The notes under the pieces were generated by a model. That model did not search any database. It had not been told where the DNA came from and worked only from the letters and a program-made list of their open reading frames with translations. From Phyllobates terribilis (lineage: Eukaryota), in the NCBI RefSeq assembly GCF_046119375.1, contig NW_027362764.1:283154001-283218000 (forward strand): a stretch of DNA of 64,000 nucleotides, written 5' to 3'. Of this stretch, positions 9,352 through 23,600 are shown one piece after another. Numbering within the stretch: position 1 is the stretch's first letter; the number at the start of each line of letters is the position of its first letter. The position numbers and the translations under genes were made by a program.

Positions 9352-12157
9352 TAGAGATGAGCGGTGTTCGACTAGAACTGTTCGCCAATCTCAAATTCGA
9401 GCTGTTTTGGGCGGTGTTCGAGTCGTTCGACGAACGCGAATGATTTGCGAAAAATTCGGCTGTTCAAGGTTATGTTCGATAACTGGTCGTGCACCAAAAG
9501 CGTGTCCTGCATGTCTGGCGCTATTTAGAGCACTAATCATGCAGGGATTGTCTGCCACTCACTGTAATGCCACAGCCATGGTTGTTGTGGCATTACAGTG
9601 GTTGCCCAAATCGATGGGAACAGTGCTCACAGTGAAACATGAAAAGCCGGCAATTCAGCAGCGGCATACACCAGTACCCGACAGTTTAGAACCGAAAGAA
9701 TAGAGTATCACACATAGATTAGATACATAGAAACATGTCAGTTACATATATAATAAGTACAGTGACAGTGTTGGTCACTGTACTTGTCATTTAGTGTTAA
9801 AGGATTTATTTAAAAAAATATTAGTGTTTTCATGCACCGTCTCTTTAAAAAAGCCGGCCGGCAATTCAGCATCGGTACCCGACAATTTATAACAGAAAGA
9901 ATAGAGCATCACACATAGATTAGATAGATAGAAACATGTCAGTCACATATATAAGAAGTACAGTGATAGTGTTGATTACTGTACTTGTCATTTAGTGTTA
10001 AAATAAAGGATTTATTAAAAAAAAAATTGGCGTGGGGTACCCCGTAATTTTAGTCTCTAGCGGAGGTTGAGCAGACGGCTGGGGCAGATGTTTGAAGCCT
10101 GGGAAGGGGGTAATACCTACGGAGCTTCCCAGGCTACTAATATAAGCCCCCAGCTGAATACCTAGCCTTTACTAGCTATTAAAATGGGGGACCCCAAAAA
10201 AAATGACGTGGGGTCCCCCTATTTTAATAGCTAGCAAAGGCTAGGCAGACAGCTGTGGGCTGATATTAATAGCCCAGGAAGGGTGCCATGAATATTGGCC
10301 CCCTCCCAGGCTAGAAACACCAGCCGTCAGCCGCCCCAGAAATAGCGCATCCATAGGATGCGCCAATTCTGGCACTTAGCCTTGCTCTTCCCACTACCCT
10401 GTAGCAGTGGCAGTGGGGTAATAGGGTTGGGGTTGATGTCAGCTTATAATGCCAGCTGACATCAAGCCCAGGTTAGTAATGAAGAGGCGTCTATAAGACA
10501 CCCCCATTACTAACCCCATAGTCAAAGTTACAAAAAAAACACAAACACCTAGAATAAAGTCCTTTAATTGAAATAAACACACAATTCTTTATTGTTCTAA
10601 ATTAAACCATACTTGCCATCACGCCCATTCCAGCTGAAGCCAACGATCTGCAATAAAAGTAAAATAATAAAGCAACATCATCCTTACCTTTCCATGGTTC
10701 TCACGACAGCTTTAGCTCTGCTACATTCACATGACAGGCTGGACCGCAGCAGAACGCTGCCATCAAGCTTGCCATGCAGCAGACACTGAGAAGCGCAGGC
10801 ATGCTTGCGCTCTGCAGTGTCTGGCTGTGACGGCATAAAGATGAGCCGAGTTCAAGTCCAATGAACTCAGCTCACCTCATGCACGTCACTGACAGCGTGG
10901 GAAAATTCTTCTGCGCATGCGGTGAGTGCAGGAGAATTTTCCCATGCTGTCAGTGACGTGCATGAGGTGAGCTCATGTCCAGTGAACTCAGCTCTCCTCA
11001 TGCACGTCACTGACAGCGTGGGAAAATTCTCCTGCGCATGCGGTGAGTGCAGGAGAATTTTCCCACGCTGTCAGTGACGTGCATGAGGTGAGCTCATGTC
11101 CAATGAACTCAGCTCACCTCATGCACGTCACTGACAGCGTGGGAAAATTCTCAGCGCTGGAGCAGGAGAATTCTCCCACGCTGGGATGGCATTGAGATGA
11201 CAGGCTGGATCGCAGCTGAGCGCTGCCTTCCAGCATGCCATCCTTCATAGACACTGCAGAGTGCAGGCATGCACGTCACTGACTGCGTGGGAAAATTCTC
11301 CTGCACTCACCGCATGCGCAGAAGAATTTTCCCACGCTGTCAGTGATGTGCATGAGGTGAGCTGAGTTCATTGGACATGAACTCGGCTCATCTTTATGCC
11401 GTCACAGCCAGACACTGCAGAGCGCAAGCATGCTAGGTATTCAGCTGGGGGCTGATATTAGTAGCCTGGGAAGCTCCGTGGGTATTACCCCCTTCCCAGG
11501 CTTCAAACATCTGCCCCAGCCGTCTGCTTAACCTCCGCTAGAGACTAAAATTACGGGGAACCCCACGCCAATTTTTTTTTTAATAAATCCTTTATTTTAA
11601 CACTAAATGACAAGTACAGTAATCAACACTATCACTGTACTTCTTATATATGTGACTCACATGTTTCTATCTATCTAATCTATGTGTGATGCTCTATTCT
11701 TTCTGTTATAAATTGTCGGGTACCGATGCTGAATTGCCGGCCGGCTTTTTTAAAGAGACGGTGCATGAAAACACTATTATTTTTTTAAATAAATCCTTTA
11801 ACACTAAATGACAAGTACAGTAACCAACACTGTCACTGTACTTCTTATATATGTGACTGACATGTTTCTATGTATCTAATCTATGTGTGATACTCTATTC
11901 TTTCGGTTCTAAATTGTCGGGTACCGGTGTATGCCGCTGCTGAATTGCCGGCTGGCTTTTTTAAAGAGAGTGTCTTCTGAGCAGTTTGTCAGCTTTTGGA
12001 CACCTTTGAAGGTGTTTTCTATGTGTTTTTGTTTGCCTGCCATTGGTTTTAACGGTGTTCGACGGTGTTCTAAGGTGTTCGACGAACAGCTCCACGAACA
12101 TCCCGGTGTTCGACGAACCGAACCGAACTCAAACACTATGGGGGTGGCTCAACACTA
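9352..12157. mobile_element. Non-autonomous hAT element (2,806 bp) with long internal inverted arms and a palindromic tandem core
   Basis: Terminal inverted repeats (TIRs) tagagatgagc ... gctcaacacta. Perfect 8-bp TSD gtcatgtc at 9344-9351 and 12158-12165. Arms ~9652-10166 and ~11432-11952 are inverted. Confidence 0.92.
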
Positions 12158-13119
12158 GTCATGTCGTTAAATGAGGCCTTAGTCTCTTGCAACACTTTAT
12201 GTTGACCTGGCTTTCTTCTGTGAGTCAGGACACCATTGACCTCTTCTATTGCTGCACGCTATGCAGCACAACAGCCACAGGCACAGGCCTGGTTTGACAG
12301 GACCACCCCTGAGAAGACCACTTTTTTTTGCAATTCTGGGTGGTCATCAAAGAGGTTTAACTGTCTTTTAAAAATTCATGGTACAATTGGAGGCACCATA
12401 ACTACTGTTATGGTATCTCTACATTATTAGAAGTTTGGGGCCTACAAAATAGTTTCTTTGGTTGACTGGCACTTTTTACAGTTTAGCTCTTTTGCTCTGA
12501 CACACTTACTCATTTACCTATTGAAATTTGGGGAGATAAAATGTAGAACTCATATCAGTCAAATTGATGCTTTGACTTTCTAGCATGCACTGGAGAAGAA
12601 AAGCTTTAATCTGATCAGTTTCCTCTGGTAATTGCCCTATTATTTATCTACAGTAGTTTTATACATCAGGCCCAATTCAACCTTTTGTTGAAGCTCTGTT
12701 GCCTGATGATAATTTTTGGATTTGTCAGGTCATTGAATTAAAAGTTGCTGTGCCCTAAGAATGTGTTACGTGTGTCGTGTTTAATCAGTCATTTACATTA
12801 TTTTCTATTAAATACATTTTCTTGTCATAGATTTTATTTGAGACAGCTTCTCATTAAAATTTAAGATTTCATTGCTAAGTTCTACAAGGCAAGAAGGTCA
12901 AACTGTAGAAAATGTTTTAAAAAAATTAAACACTTCTAGCTTAATTTTCTTTATTTGGTACTCATAGTCCAAACTCAAATAAGTGAACAATGTCAGGCTG
13001 CAATCTTCAGAAAAAAGGCACCTGCTAAGCCACTGTGACAGCTTAAGTCTGCCTAGACAAAATTATTTTATGTCCATAGAAGCTATAGTGTTGCTGAAAA
13101 GTGCACAATATGTAATAAA

Positions 13120-13330
13120 AGCATAACCTAACCACTTGAGGTCTACCGCTGATTTCTCTATTATTAATTTACTTTTCCCGGAAATAACTTCAGTGCTGCC
13201 TGCTGCAGTGTAATCAACTACCAGATGACTGATGAAGGTCTTACTGACCGAAACGACTTGAATCTGGAATTTCTATGAACAATACAATATTTCAGTCTAT
13301 GTGAAGAAGCGAGTGCCAAGTCTTTCTTAC
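13120..13330 (+). mobile_element. Penelope-like terminal-repeat fragment with a relic type I hammerhead motif
   Basis: ccagat-ga-CTGATGA-a-ggtc-ttact-gacc-GAAAC-gactt-gaatctgg at 13221-13267. Confidence 0.5.
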
Positions 13331-13340
13331 ACTGTTTTCA

Positions 13341-15560
13341 CCTTCATGACCCAAGCCAAATTTTACAATTCTGACCACTGTCACTTTATGAGATAATAAC
13401 TCTGGAACGCTTCAATGGATCCCACTGATTCTGAGATTTTTTTTCCGTGACATATGGTACTTTACGATTGTGGTAAAATTTATTCAATATGACTTGCGTT
13501 TATTTGTGAAAAAAACGGAAATTTGTCGAAACTTTTGAAAATTTTGCAATTTTCAAACGTTTCATTTTTAGGCCCTTAAATAAGAGAGTTATGTCAAACA
13601 AAATAGTTCATAAATAACATTTCCCACATGTTTACTTTACATCAGCACAATTTATGAAACATATTTTTTTTGTTAGGAACGTATAAGGATTAAAAGTTGA
13701 TTTCAAATTTTTCAAACAAAATTTACAAAACCATTATTTTTAGGGACCACATCACATTTCAAGTGACATTGAGGGGTGTATATGACAGAAAATACCCAAA
13801 AGTGACACCATTCTAAAAACTGCACCCATCAAGATGTTTAAAACTACATTCAAGAACTTTTTTTAACCCTTCAGGTGCTTCACAGGAATTAATGGAACGT
13901 GGAAGGAAAAAATGAAAGTTTTACCTTTTCCCACAAAAATGTTACTTTAGCCCGAAATTTTTTATTTTCATAAGGGTAACAGGTGAAAATGAACCCCAAA
14001 ATATTTTGTGCAATTTCTCCTGAGTACACTAATGCCCAATATGTTGAGAAAAACTACTGTTTGGGAGCACAGCAGGGCTTGGAATGGAAGGAGCGCCATT
14101 TGACTTTTTGAATGCAAAATTTGCTGGAATAATTAGCAGACACCATTTGCAGAGCCCCTGATGTGCCTAAACAGTGCAAACCCACCACGTTGAGCTGTAA
14201 AAAAAAGAAATCACATTTTTCCCACAAAAATGTTTTTTTTGCCCCAAATTTTGCAATTTCACTAGGGTAAAAAGAGAGACTGCACCATATAATTTGTTGT
14301 TCAATTTATCCTGAGTACGTCGATACACAATATGTGGAAAAAAACTACTGTTTGGGTGCACTGCAGGGCTTGGAAGGAAAGGAATGCCATTTGACTTTTG
14401 GAATGCAAAATTTGCTGAAATAATTAGCGGACACCATGTTACGTTTTCAGAGACCCTTATGTGCCTAAACAGTGGAAACCCCCCACAAGTGACACCATTT
14501 TGGAAACTAAACCCCTCAAGGAATTTATCTAGATGTGTGGTGAGCACCTTGAACCCATAGGTGCTTCACAGAATTTTACAACGTTGATCTGTGAAATGAA
14601 AAAAATATATTTTTCCCACGAAAATGTTGTTTTAGCCCCAATTTTTTTCATTTTCATGAGGATAACAGGAGAAAATGGACCCCTAAGTTTGTTGTGCAAT
14701 TTTGCTGAGTATGCTGATACCCTATATGTGGTCGAAAATTACTTTTGAGGCACAGTTCAGATTTTGCTGGACTGGTTTGAGGGTGCCGTGTCACATTGGC
14801 AGAACTCCGAGGTTCCAGAACAGCAGAACCCCCATAAGTGACCCTATTTTACAACATAGACCTCTCAATGAGTTTATCTAGGGGTAAAATGATGATATTG
14901 ATACCACATGTGCCTCACATTTTTACCAGCAAAATTTTGTTTTAGCCCCAGATTTTAAGTTGTCAGGCTGGGAAATGGGTAAAAATGGCACCGAAATTTC
15001 TCCCACAATTTCTGCTGAATGTAGAAATACCACATATGTGGCTGTACAGTACTGCTTAGTCACACGGCAAAACTCGGGTGGGACGGAGCGCAATTTGCAT
15101 GCTGGAGCGCAGGTTTTCCTAGAATAGTATGCAAACTCCATATACAGAGCCCCCTAAGGGCAAGAAGAGCTGAATCCCCCCTCAAGTGATACCATTTTGG
15201 AAATTATACTCCTTTGGGAATTTATCTATAGGTGTGGTGACGATTTGACTCAATGGGAGTTTTCCAGAATCAAGCAGCAGCGGATGTTGCTGAGTGAAAA
15301 TTGCAAACTGCCGCTGTAGTGACCAGTACGCTGTAGTGACTAGTACTTTGCTGTTACAGTACGTTGTAATGAACAGTATGTTATTCCCAACTCGTGCTTC
15401 TGTCAGAATCAGCTGACACCAAGCGTCAATTGCGCGCACAGCCTCTGTGCACGCGAAATCGTAAGGAGGTAAAAAAAGTAGAGCAGAAATGAGGGGAGAT
15501 AGGGAATAGTTTTCCCCTTCACAATTCACTTCCTGACAGTGGAGGTTTGCACCGGTTTGG
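13341..15560 (+). mobile_element. Non-autonomous DNA-transposon-derived repeat (probably TTAA/piggyBac-like) with ~290-bp internal subrepeats
   Basis: Starts ccttcatgaccc. Recurring blocks (ttttcccacaaaaatg...aaaactactgtttggg...ccatttgacttttt...gagcccct) occur near 13930, 14215, 14610 and 14930. No coding signal; the superfamily is inferred. Confidence 0.5.
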
Positions 15561-15880
15561 TGCCCCCACTCCTCGTCTACTGCTCCTATGTAGCCCGACC
15601 ACTACTCTACCTGATCAGTCCTCCTCAATAGGTAATCAGATAATATGTAATCTATATATATAAATATATACAATATAGATACTAGTGGGTTGAGGGGTAT
15701 ATCAGCAATATTTTTCAACAATCTGATCCCAAAAAAAAAACCTAAATCCATATATGACGTCCTTGTCAAACAAAGAATATCCCTTCAGATCATAAATGGC
15801 CGGTCAAGTGGCAGTGCAATTACAACCACAAAACATTCATATACCTCATAGTCACATTTCTGTGGTCATGGACTTTCCTT

Positions 15881-15882
<2 letters not shown>

Positions 15883-15918
<36 letters not shown>
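15883..15918. repeat. (TA)n microsatellite
   Basis: Pure TA run. Confidence 0.95.
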
Positions 15919-15919
<1 letters not shown>

Positions 15920-16115
15920 CCTGAATAGTTTTGTACTTAGCTTAATGGCATCTTCTTCTGACACGTTTCCCCTCGCTTTGGGTCATTCAGGGGTTCATCG
16001 AGGAATTCCTTCAATCAGGACAAGAAAAGGAGACCATAAGCCATACTGCAATGAAGATAAGGTATGCCCCCACATAGCCCTTACATACAGTATGAGCCCT
16101 CACACAGTCCCCTTA

Positions 16116-17735
<1,620 letters not shown>

Positions 17736-17894
17736 TATATACAGTATGAACCCACACACAGCCCCCTACATACAGTATGGCCCCCACACAGCCCTTACAT
17801 ACAGTATGAGCCACCAAATAGCCACCTACATACAGTATGAGCCACCACATAGCTCTCTTTACACAGTATGAACCCTCATATAGCCTCCTATATA

Positions 17895-19490
17895 CAGTGG
17901 CATGTAAAAGTTTGGGCACCCCTGGTCAAAATCACTGTTATTGTGAACAGTTAAGCAAGTTGAAGATGAAATGATCTCTAAAATGCATATTGTTAAAGAT
18001 GACATATTTCAGTTGTATTTTAGGCAAATAAATATATATATTGTCTTTTTTTTTCATTTTAAAAAATTAAAATAAGGGAAATGGGCCTATGCAAAAGTTT
18101 GGGCACGCTTGGAGATTTGTGTGCTTTGATAATTTTGACCAAGGTTTCTGACCTTAATTAGCCTGTTAGGGTAATGGCTTGTTCACTACCATCGTTAGGA
18201 AATGCCAGGTGATGAAAATTTCCCAGCTTTATAAAAACCAAGCCTCCTCTAACTTTATGCCAAAAAATCAGCAGCCATGGGTTATTCTAAGCAGCTGCCT
18301 AGCACTCTGAAAATGAAAATGGTGGAGGCCCATAAAGCAGGAGAAGGCTAAAAGAAGATAGCAAAGTGTTTTCAAGTTGCCCTTTCCTCAGTTTGAAATG
18401 TAATTAAGAAATGGCAGTTAACAGGAACAGTGAACGTCAAGATAAGGTCTGGAAGACCAAGCAAAATTTCAGTGAGAGCTGTTAGTACGATTGCTAGAGA
18501 GGCAAATCAGAACCCCCGCTTAACCTCAAAAGACCTACAGAAAGATTTAGCAGACTCTAGCTTTGTGGTTCATTGCTCTACTGTTTAGAGACACTTGCAC
18601 AAATATGACCTTCATGGAAGAGTCATCAGAGGAAAACCTCTCCTGCAGCATCACCATAAAATTCAGCATCAGAAGTATGCAAAAGAACATCTAAACAAGC
18701 CTGATACATTTTGGAAACAAGTTCTGTCGACCGAAAAGGTTAAAATAGAAGTCTTTGGCCACAATGATCAAAGGTATGTGTGGAGAAAAAAGGCCACCAA
18801 ATTTCAGGAAAATAACATCTCGTCAACTATTAAGCATGGGGGTGGATCAGTCATGCTTTGGGGTTGTGTTGCAGCCGATGGTGCATGGATTCAATGAAAT
18901 TTCAACAAATTCTTGATGCAAACATAACACCATCTGTAAAAAAGCTGAAGTTGAAAAGAGGATGGCTTCTCCAAATGGTTAATGATCCTAAACAAACATC
19001 AAAATCCACAATAGGCTACCTCAAAAGGTGCAAGCTGAAGGTTTTACAATGGCCCTCACAGTCCCCTCTTCTGAACATCAATGAAAATCTGTGGCTAGAC
19101 CTCAAAATAGCAGTGCATGCAAGATGACCAAGGAATCTCACAGAACTGGAAGGATTTTCCAAGGAAGAATTAATGAAAATCCCTCAAACAAGAATTGAAA
19201 GACTCTTGTCTTGCTACAAAAAGCTTTTACAAGCTGTGATACTTTCAAAAGGGGGTGCTACTAGGTGCTAACCATGCAGGATGCCCAAACTTTTGCAATG
19301 GTCCATTTTCCTTTTTCGTCATTTTTAAAATGTAAAAGATTAAAAAATATATATGTTTTGCCTAAAATACAAAGGAAATCTGTTATCTTTAACTTCAGGC
19401 CTTTTAGAGATCATTTCATCTTCAACTTGCTTAACTGTTCACAATAACACTAACTTTGACCAGGGGTGCCCAAACTTTTACATGCCACTG
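17895..19490 (+). mobile_element. Full-length Tc1 (DD34E-type spacing) with TA TSD; decayed transposase (18277-19271)
   Basis: Termini cagtggcatgtaaaagtttgggcacccctggtcaaa and its reverse complement. Translation gives MGYSKQL...GRPSKIS and TIKHGGGSVMLWG, with internal stops and the second catalytic Asp mutated. Confidence 0.93.
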
Positions 19491-20642
19491 TACAGTATAA
19501 GCCCGCACATAGCTTCCTATATAAAGTATGAGCCCGCAAATGGCTTCTTATATACAGTATGAGCCCCCACATAGCTCCCTATGTACAGTATGAGCCCACA
19601 CATAGCTTCCTATATAAAGTATGAACCTGCTCATAACTCCCTATATAAAGTATAGATATGGTATATTATTTGAACAGATATATAATACACTGAACTGATC
19701 ACACCTGGACCTGTCTACAGGCTTTCTATATACATTGTGAACCCCTATATAGCCTCCTATATATAGTATGAGCCCACACATAGCTCCCTATATACAGTAT
19801 GAGCCCGCACATAGCTCCCTATAGAAAGTATGAGCCCCCACATAGCTCCCTATGTTCAGTATGAGCCACCACATTATAATCCGCCTATGGTTATAGGTTT
19901 CTGTAAGTTTTGGATTACTAGGTTTTAGTGATACAGAATTATACACTAAATCAAATTGCACAGCCTCATCCATTTAAACATTCCTTTCATGTCTCTGTAA
20001 ATAGAAAATTATTCTACAACATGATAATTAGCCAAGATTTTTCTTTTACCTTTGGCTAAATCAAGCTCCTGAGTTACTATTGTCTATGGTGATTGCTTGG
20101 TTCACTTACTAAATTGTGGAATCTTTTTTATTTGTAATTGGCATACAGACTTAGGTTATGCTTCATCAAAGCTTTTGCGCCAGAATACAAAAAAACCTTT
20201 TAAATGTCATTTTGGCACAAATGACGGCTACACTAAAATTATTAAAACTTTTGGCATTGTCACGCCATTTTCGCCCAACTCCAAACAAAGTGGGTGGAAC
20301 TGGAGAGGGATGGGGCATGGCGACCGTTGCTAGTCAAATTCATGACGAGGGTCGGCATTTGCTATACGCACAAATCTTACTCCAGCAAGAGCGTACGCCA
20401 CTCGCTTGACACTCCTGATTCATGAATTGGCGTTCGCCTCTTCATGAATCAGGAGAGTCTGACTCCAGTCCATCTCCTCATCAAGAGCGGTGTGAACAAT
20501 GTGTGAATGAATGGAGCTCATAGGCTGCAGGGCCTCTCTATAGTAACTTTACTCTGCAGACTCCAATGCTGTCCTTTGGATTTGTCCACTGTTGCTCTTA
20601 GGTCAAAACACTGAAGTCTGGCAAGGTAGGATGGGCTGCAGT

Positions 20643-23600
20643 TAGTGATGAGTGAGCATACTTGTAAGTACTGGTACTCTCCCGAGTACTTGCATGATGC
20701 TCGGGCGGATGCTCGGGGTCCCTCCCTGCATGTTTGGTGCTCTTTAGAGAGCCAATCAACATGCAGGGATTGACTGCCACTCATAGTAATGCCGCAGCCA
20801 TGGTGGTTGTGGCATTACAGTGATTGGCTGGCTGCACAGCGTCATCAGGTCTATATCAGACCTGGCGCCGCTGTTTTCGTCACAGTCACTCCGGAATCAG
20901 GCAGAGTAGGGAGAGGTGCTGCTGTGTCAGGGAGAGATTTGCTTGTGTATTAGGTAGTGTAGGGAGAAAAACCGTACATTACACATATCCATCTTAACAA
21001 ACAGTCCTTCTGAGGACTAATCCATCTGCAGAGATATCAGGCAGGCAGAGTATATAGACAGGCAGTATATATAGCAGACTGCAGTGCATATAGCACAAGA
21101 GGCTCCATTCCAATTCTGCCTTCTGCCGCTGTTAGATATTTCTATGCAAATGCCCAGGTCTCAGGGGCCAGGAATACTTTTTTTTGGATCTTAATCCTCA
21201 TTATTTGCTTAAAAAGCAATCCAGAGAACACCGTTATTCTGCGCCATTTGCTTGTGGCACTGCAGAATACAGCCAGGTCCTTTCCATATTACAGCGCTAG
21301 AAATCCAGCTATTTAAAACTGTGTTTTCTCCGTCACACGGATCACATATATGTTTTCAGAAAATACTAGCATTTTTGGCCCCCATTCCAATTTTTTTTCA
21401 CTGTGTCAGCAAAGTTTTTGACACCGGTTTGCTGTTCAAACTAGTTACCTACAGGCCAGGTATTTAAAACTCTGTTTTCTCCATCACACGGATCACATAT
21501 AAGTTCGCTCCAAACTCAGTCATTTGTAGTGAGCGTGGAAGATACTGTCCTCCATTTAAAATGGGCAAGGCACGTGGCAAGGGACGGGGAACTGGACGTG
21601 ATGGTGATGGTGCATTCAGAGGCTGAGGTCAAGGCCGTGGGCAAGCTGAAATTGTGCCACAACAAACACCCACATCTTCTCGCCTGACCTTCCTGTCCCA
21701 ATTCCTAGGGGACCGCAGCACACCACTATTGAACCCAGAGCAGTGTCAAAAGGTTGTTGGTTGGATAGCGGATAATGCTTCCAGTCACTTAGCCACCACC
21801 ACCACCACCCTGTCTTCCACACGGTCAAGTCTCAGTAGCCGTGAGTCTGGACCGCATATTCCTCACCCTGATCCTCCTTCCTCCCACCATGCCAAGTGCC
21901 CGGAGACATCTGATCCCACACTTGGACACTCTGAAGAGCTGTTCACTTTTCCATTTATGATTCGGGCCACTCGCCCGGTCCACTTGAAGCTGGGCAAGAG
22001 GAGATCGCATGTAGCAATGCCCAAATATTTGAGCAGCCACAGTCACACGAAGGCGATGGTTGGAAAGTGTCACAAGAGTTGGACGATGATGAGACACAAT
22101 TGCCAGACAGTCAGGAGGAGGACCAGGGTACAGAAGTGGAAGACGAGGTGGTGGATCATATAGTAACTGACCCAACCTGGCAGGAGGACATGCAGAGCGA
22201 GGACAGCAGCACACAGGGGGAGGGAGGCAGAGCACCCCAACAGGCAGGAAGAAGCAGTGTGGTGACCGCAGACAGAAGGCAGGCAACCGTTCCCCGTAAC
22301 ACCAACACGAAGGAAGTTGACAGTACAACTGTTAGGTCTTCCCGAGTCTGGTTGTTTTTTAAAGACTCTGCCGATAACCCCAAAAAGGCCATTTGCACCA
22401 TCTGCCAGGCCAGCATCAGCAGGGGTGGCAAAACGACCAGCCTGACCACCACCAGCATGATCAGGCACATGGCAGCAAAGGACCGGACTTTGTGGGCCGA
22501 ACCCCAGGGTCCAGGAACAGTGTCTGCGGGTGGCACCATTGCTTTTTCCGCTGTTGTGCATGCAAGCCAATCCCCTGTCCATGGTGCATGCGAAGATGCC
22601 TCCTGCCCTGCACCTGTCTTTGCACACTCTCAAGTAGCAGCATCAGGAAGCACGTCCATGTCCTTTTCCCAGCGCAGCGTTCAGTTGTCCATACCCCAGT
22701 CCTTGGAACGCAAGCACAAATATGCAGCCAGCGCCCCACAGTCCACACTACTAAATTCTCACATTTCACGACTGCTTGCGCTCGAAATGTTGCCTTTTAG
22801 GCTCGTGGAGATGGAAGCATTCCGCAACCTGATGGCGGCCGTTCCTCGGTACTCGTCCCCAGCCGCCACTATTTCTCCTGGTGTGCCGTCCCCGCATTAC
22901 ACAAGCACGTGTCCCAAAACATTAGCCGTGCTCTCAACAACGCAGTTACCGGGAAAGTCCACCTAACCATAGACACGTGGACCAGTGCTTGTGGGCAGGG
23001 ACGGTGCATGTCGCTGACGGCACACTGGGTTAACATAGTGGAAGCCGGGACAAAGTCGGACCTTGGGACGTAACACGTCCTCTCGATGCCAATGATTGCG
23101 GGTCCTAGATCAATCAGGGTTGCCCCCACGGTCTACAGCTCCTGCACCTCACCCTCCTCAGCCTCCTCCTCCTCTTCAGCCTCCATCTCCAAAATGACCA
23201 CATCAGTCACAAGCTGGAAACACTGCAGCACTGCCTCGGCCAAGCGGCAACAGGCTGTGCTGAAGCTAATATGCTTAAGTGACAAACCGCACAATGCTGA
23301 AGAGTTGTGGACAGCTCTGAAAGAGCAGGCAGATCTGTGGCTCACACCGCTGAACCTACAGCCAGGCATGGTCCTGTGTGACAATGTCGGAACCTGGTGG
23401 TGGCTCTGAGGCGAGGTGAGCTCACTCACATACCATGCCTGGCCCATGTGCTTAACCTCATGGTTCAGCAGTTTCTCAAATCCTACCCGGAGCTGCCGGA
23501 TATGCTTGTTAAAGTATGCCACCTGTGTGCCCATTTTAGAAAGTCACCTACAGCTTCCATAGCCCTTGCCGTGTTTCAGTAGCGTTTGCAGCTTCCGTCT

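Noticed and set aside
10860-11150. Regular ~120-bp palindromic repeats superficially like a CRISPR or REP array
   Set aside because: There are no unique spacers and no cas genes, the context is eukaryotic, and the repeats sit inside a TSD-flanked hAT MITE.
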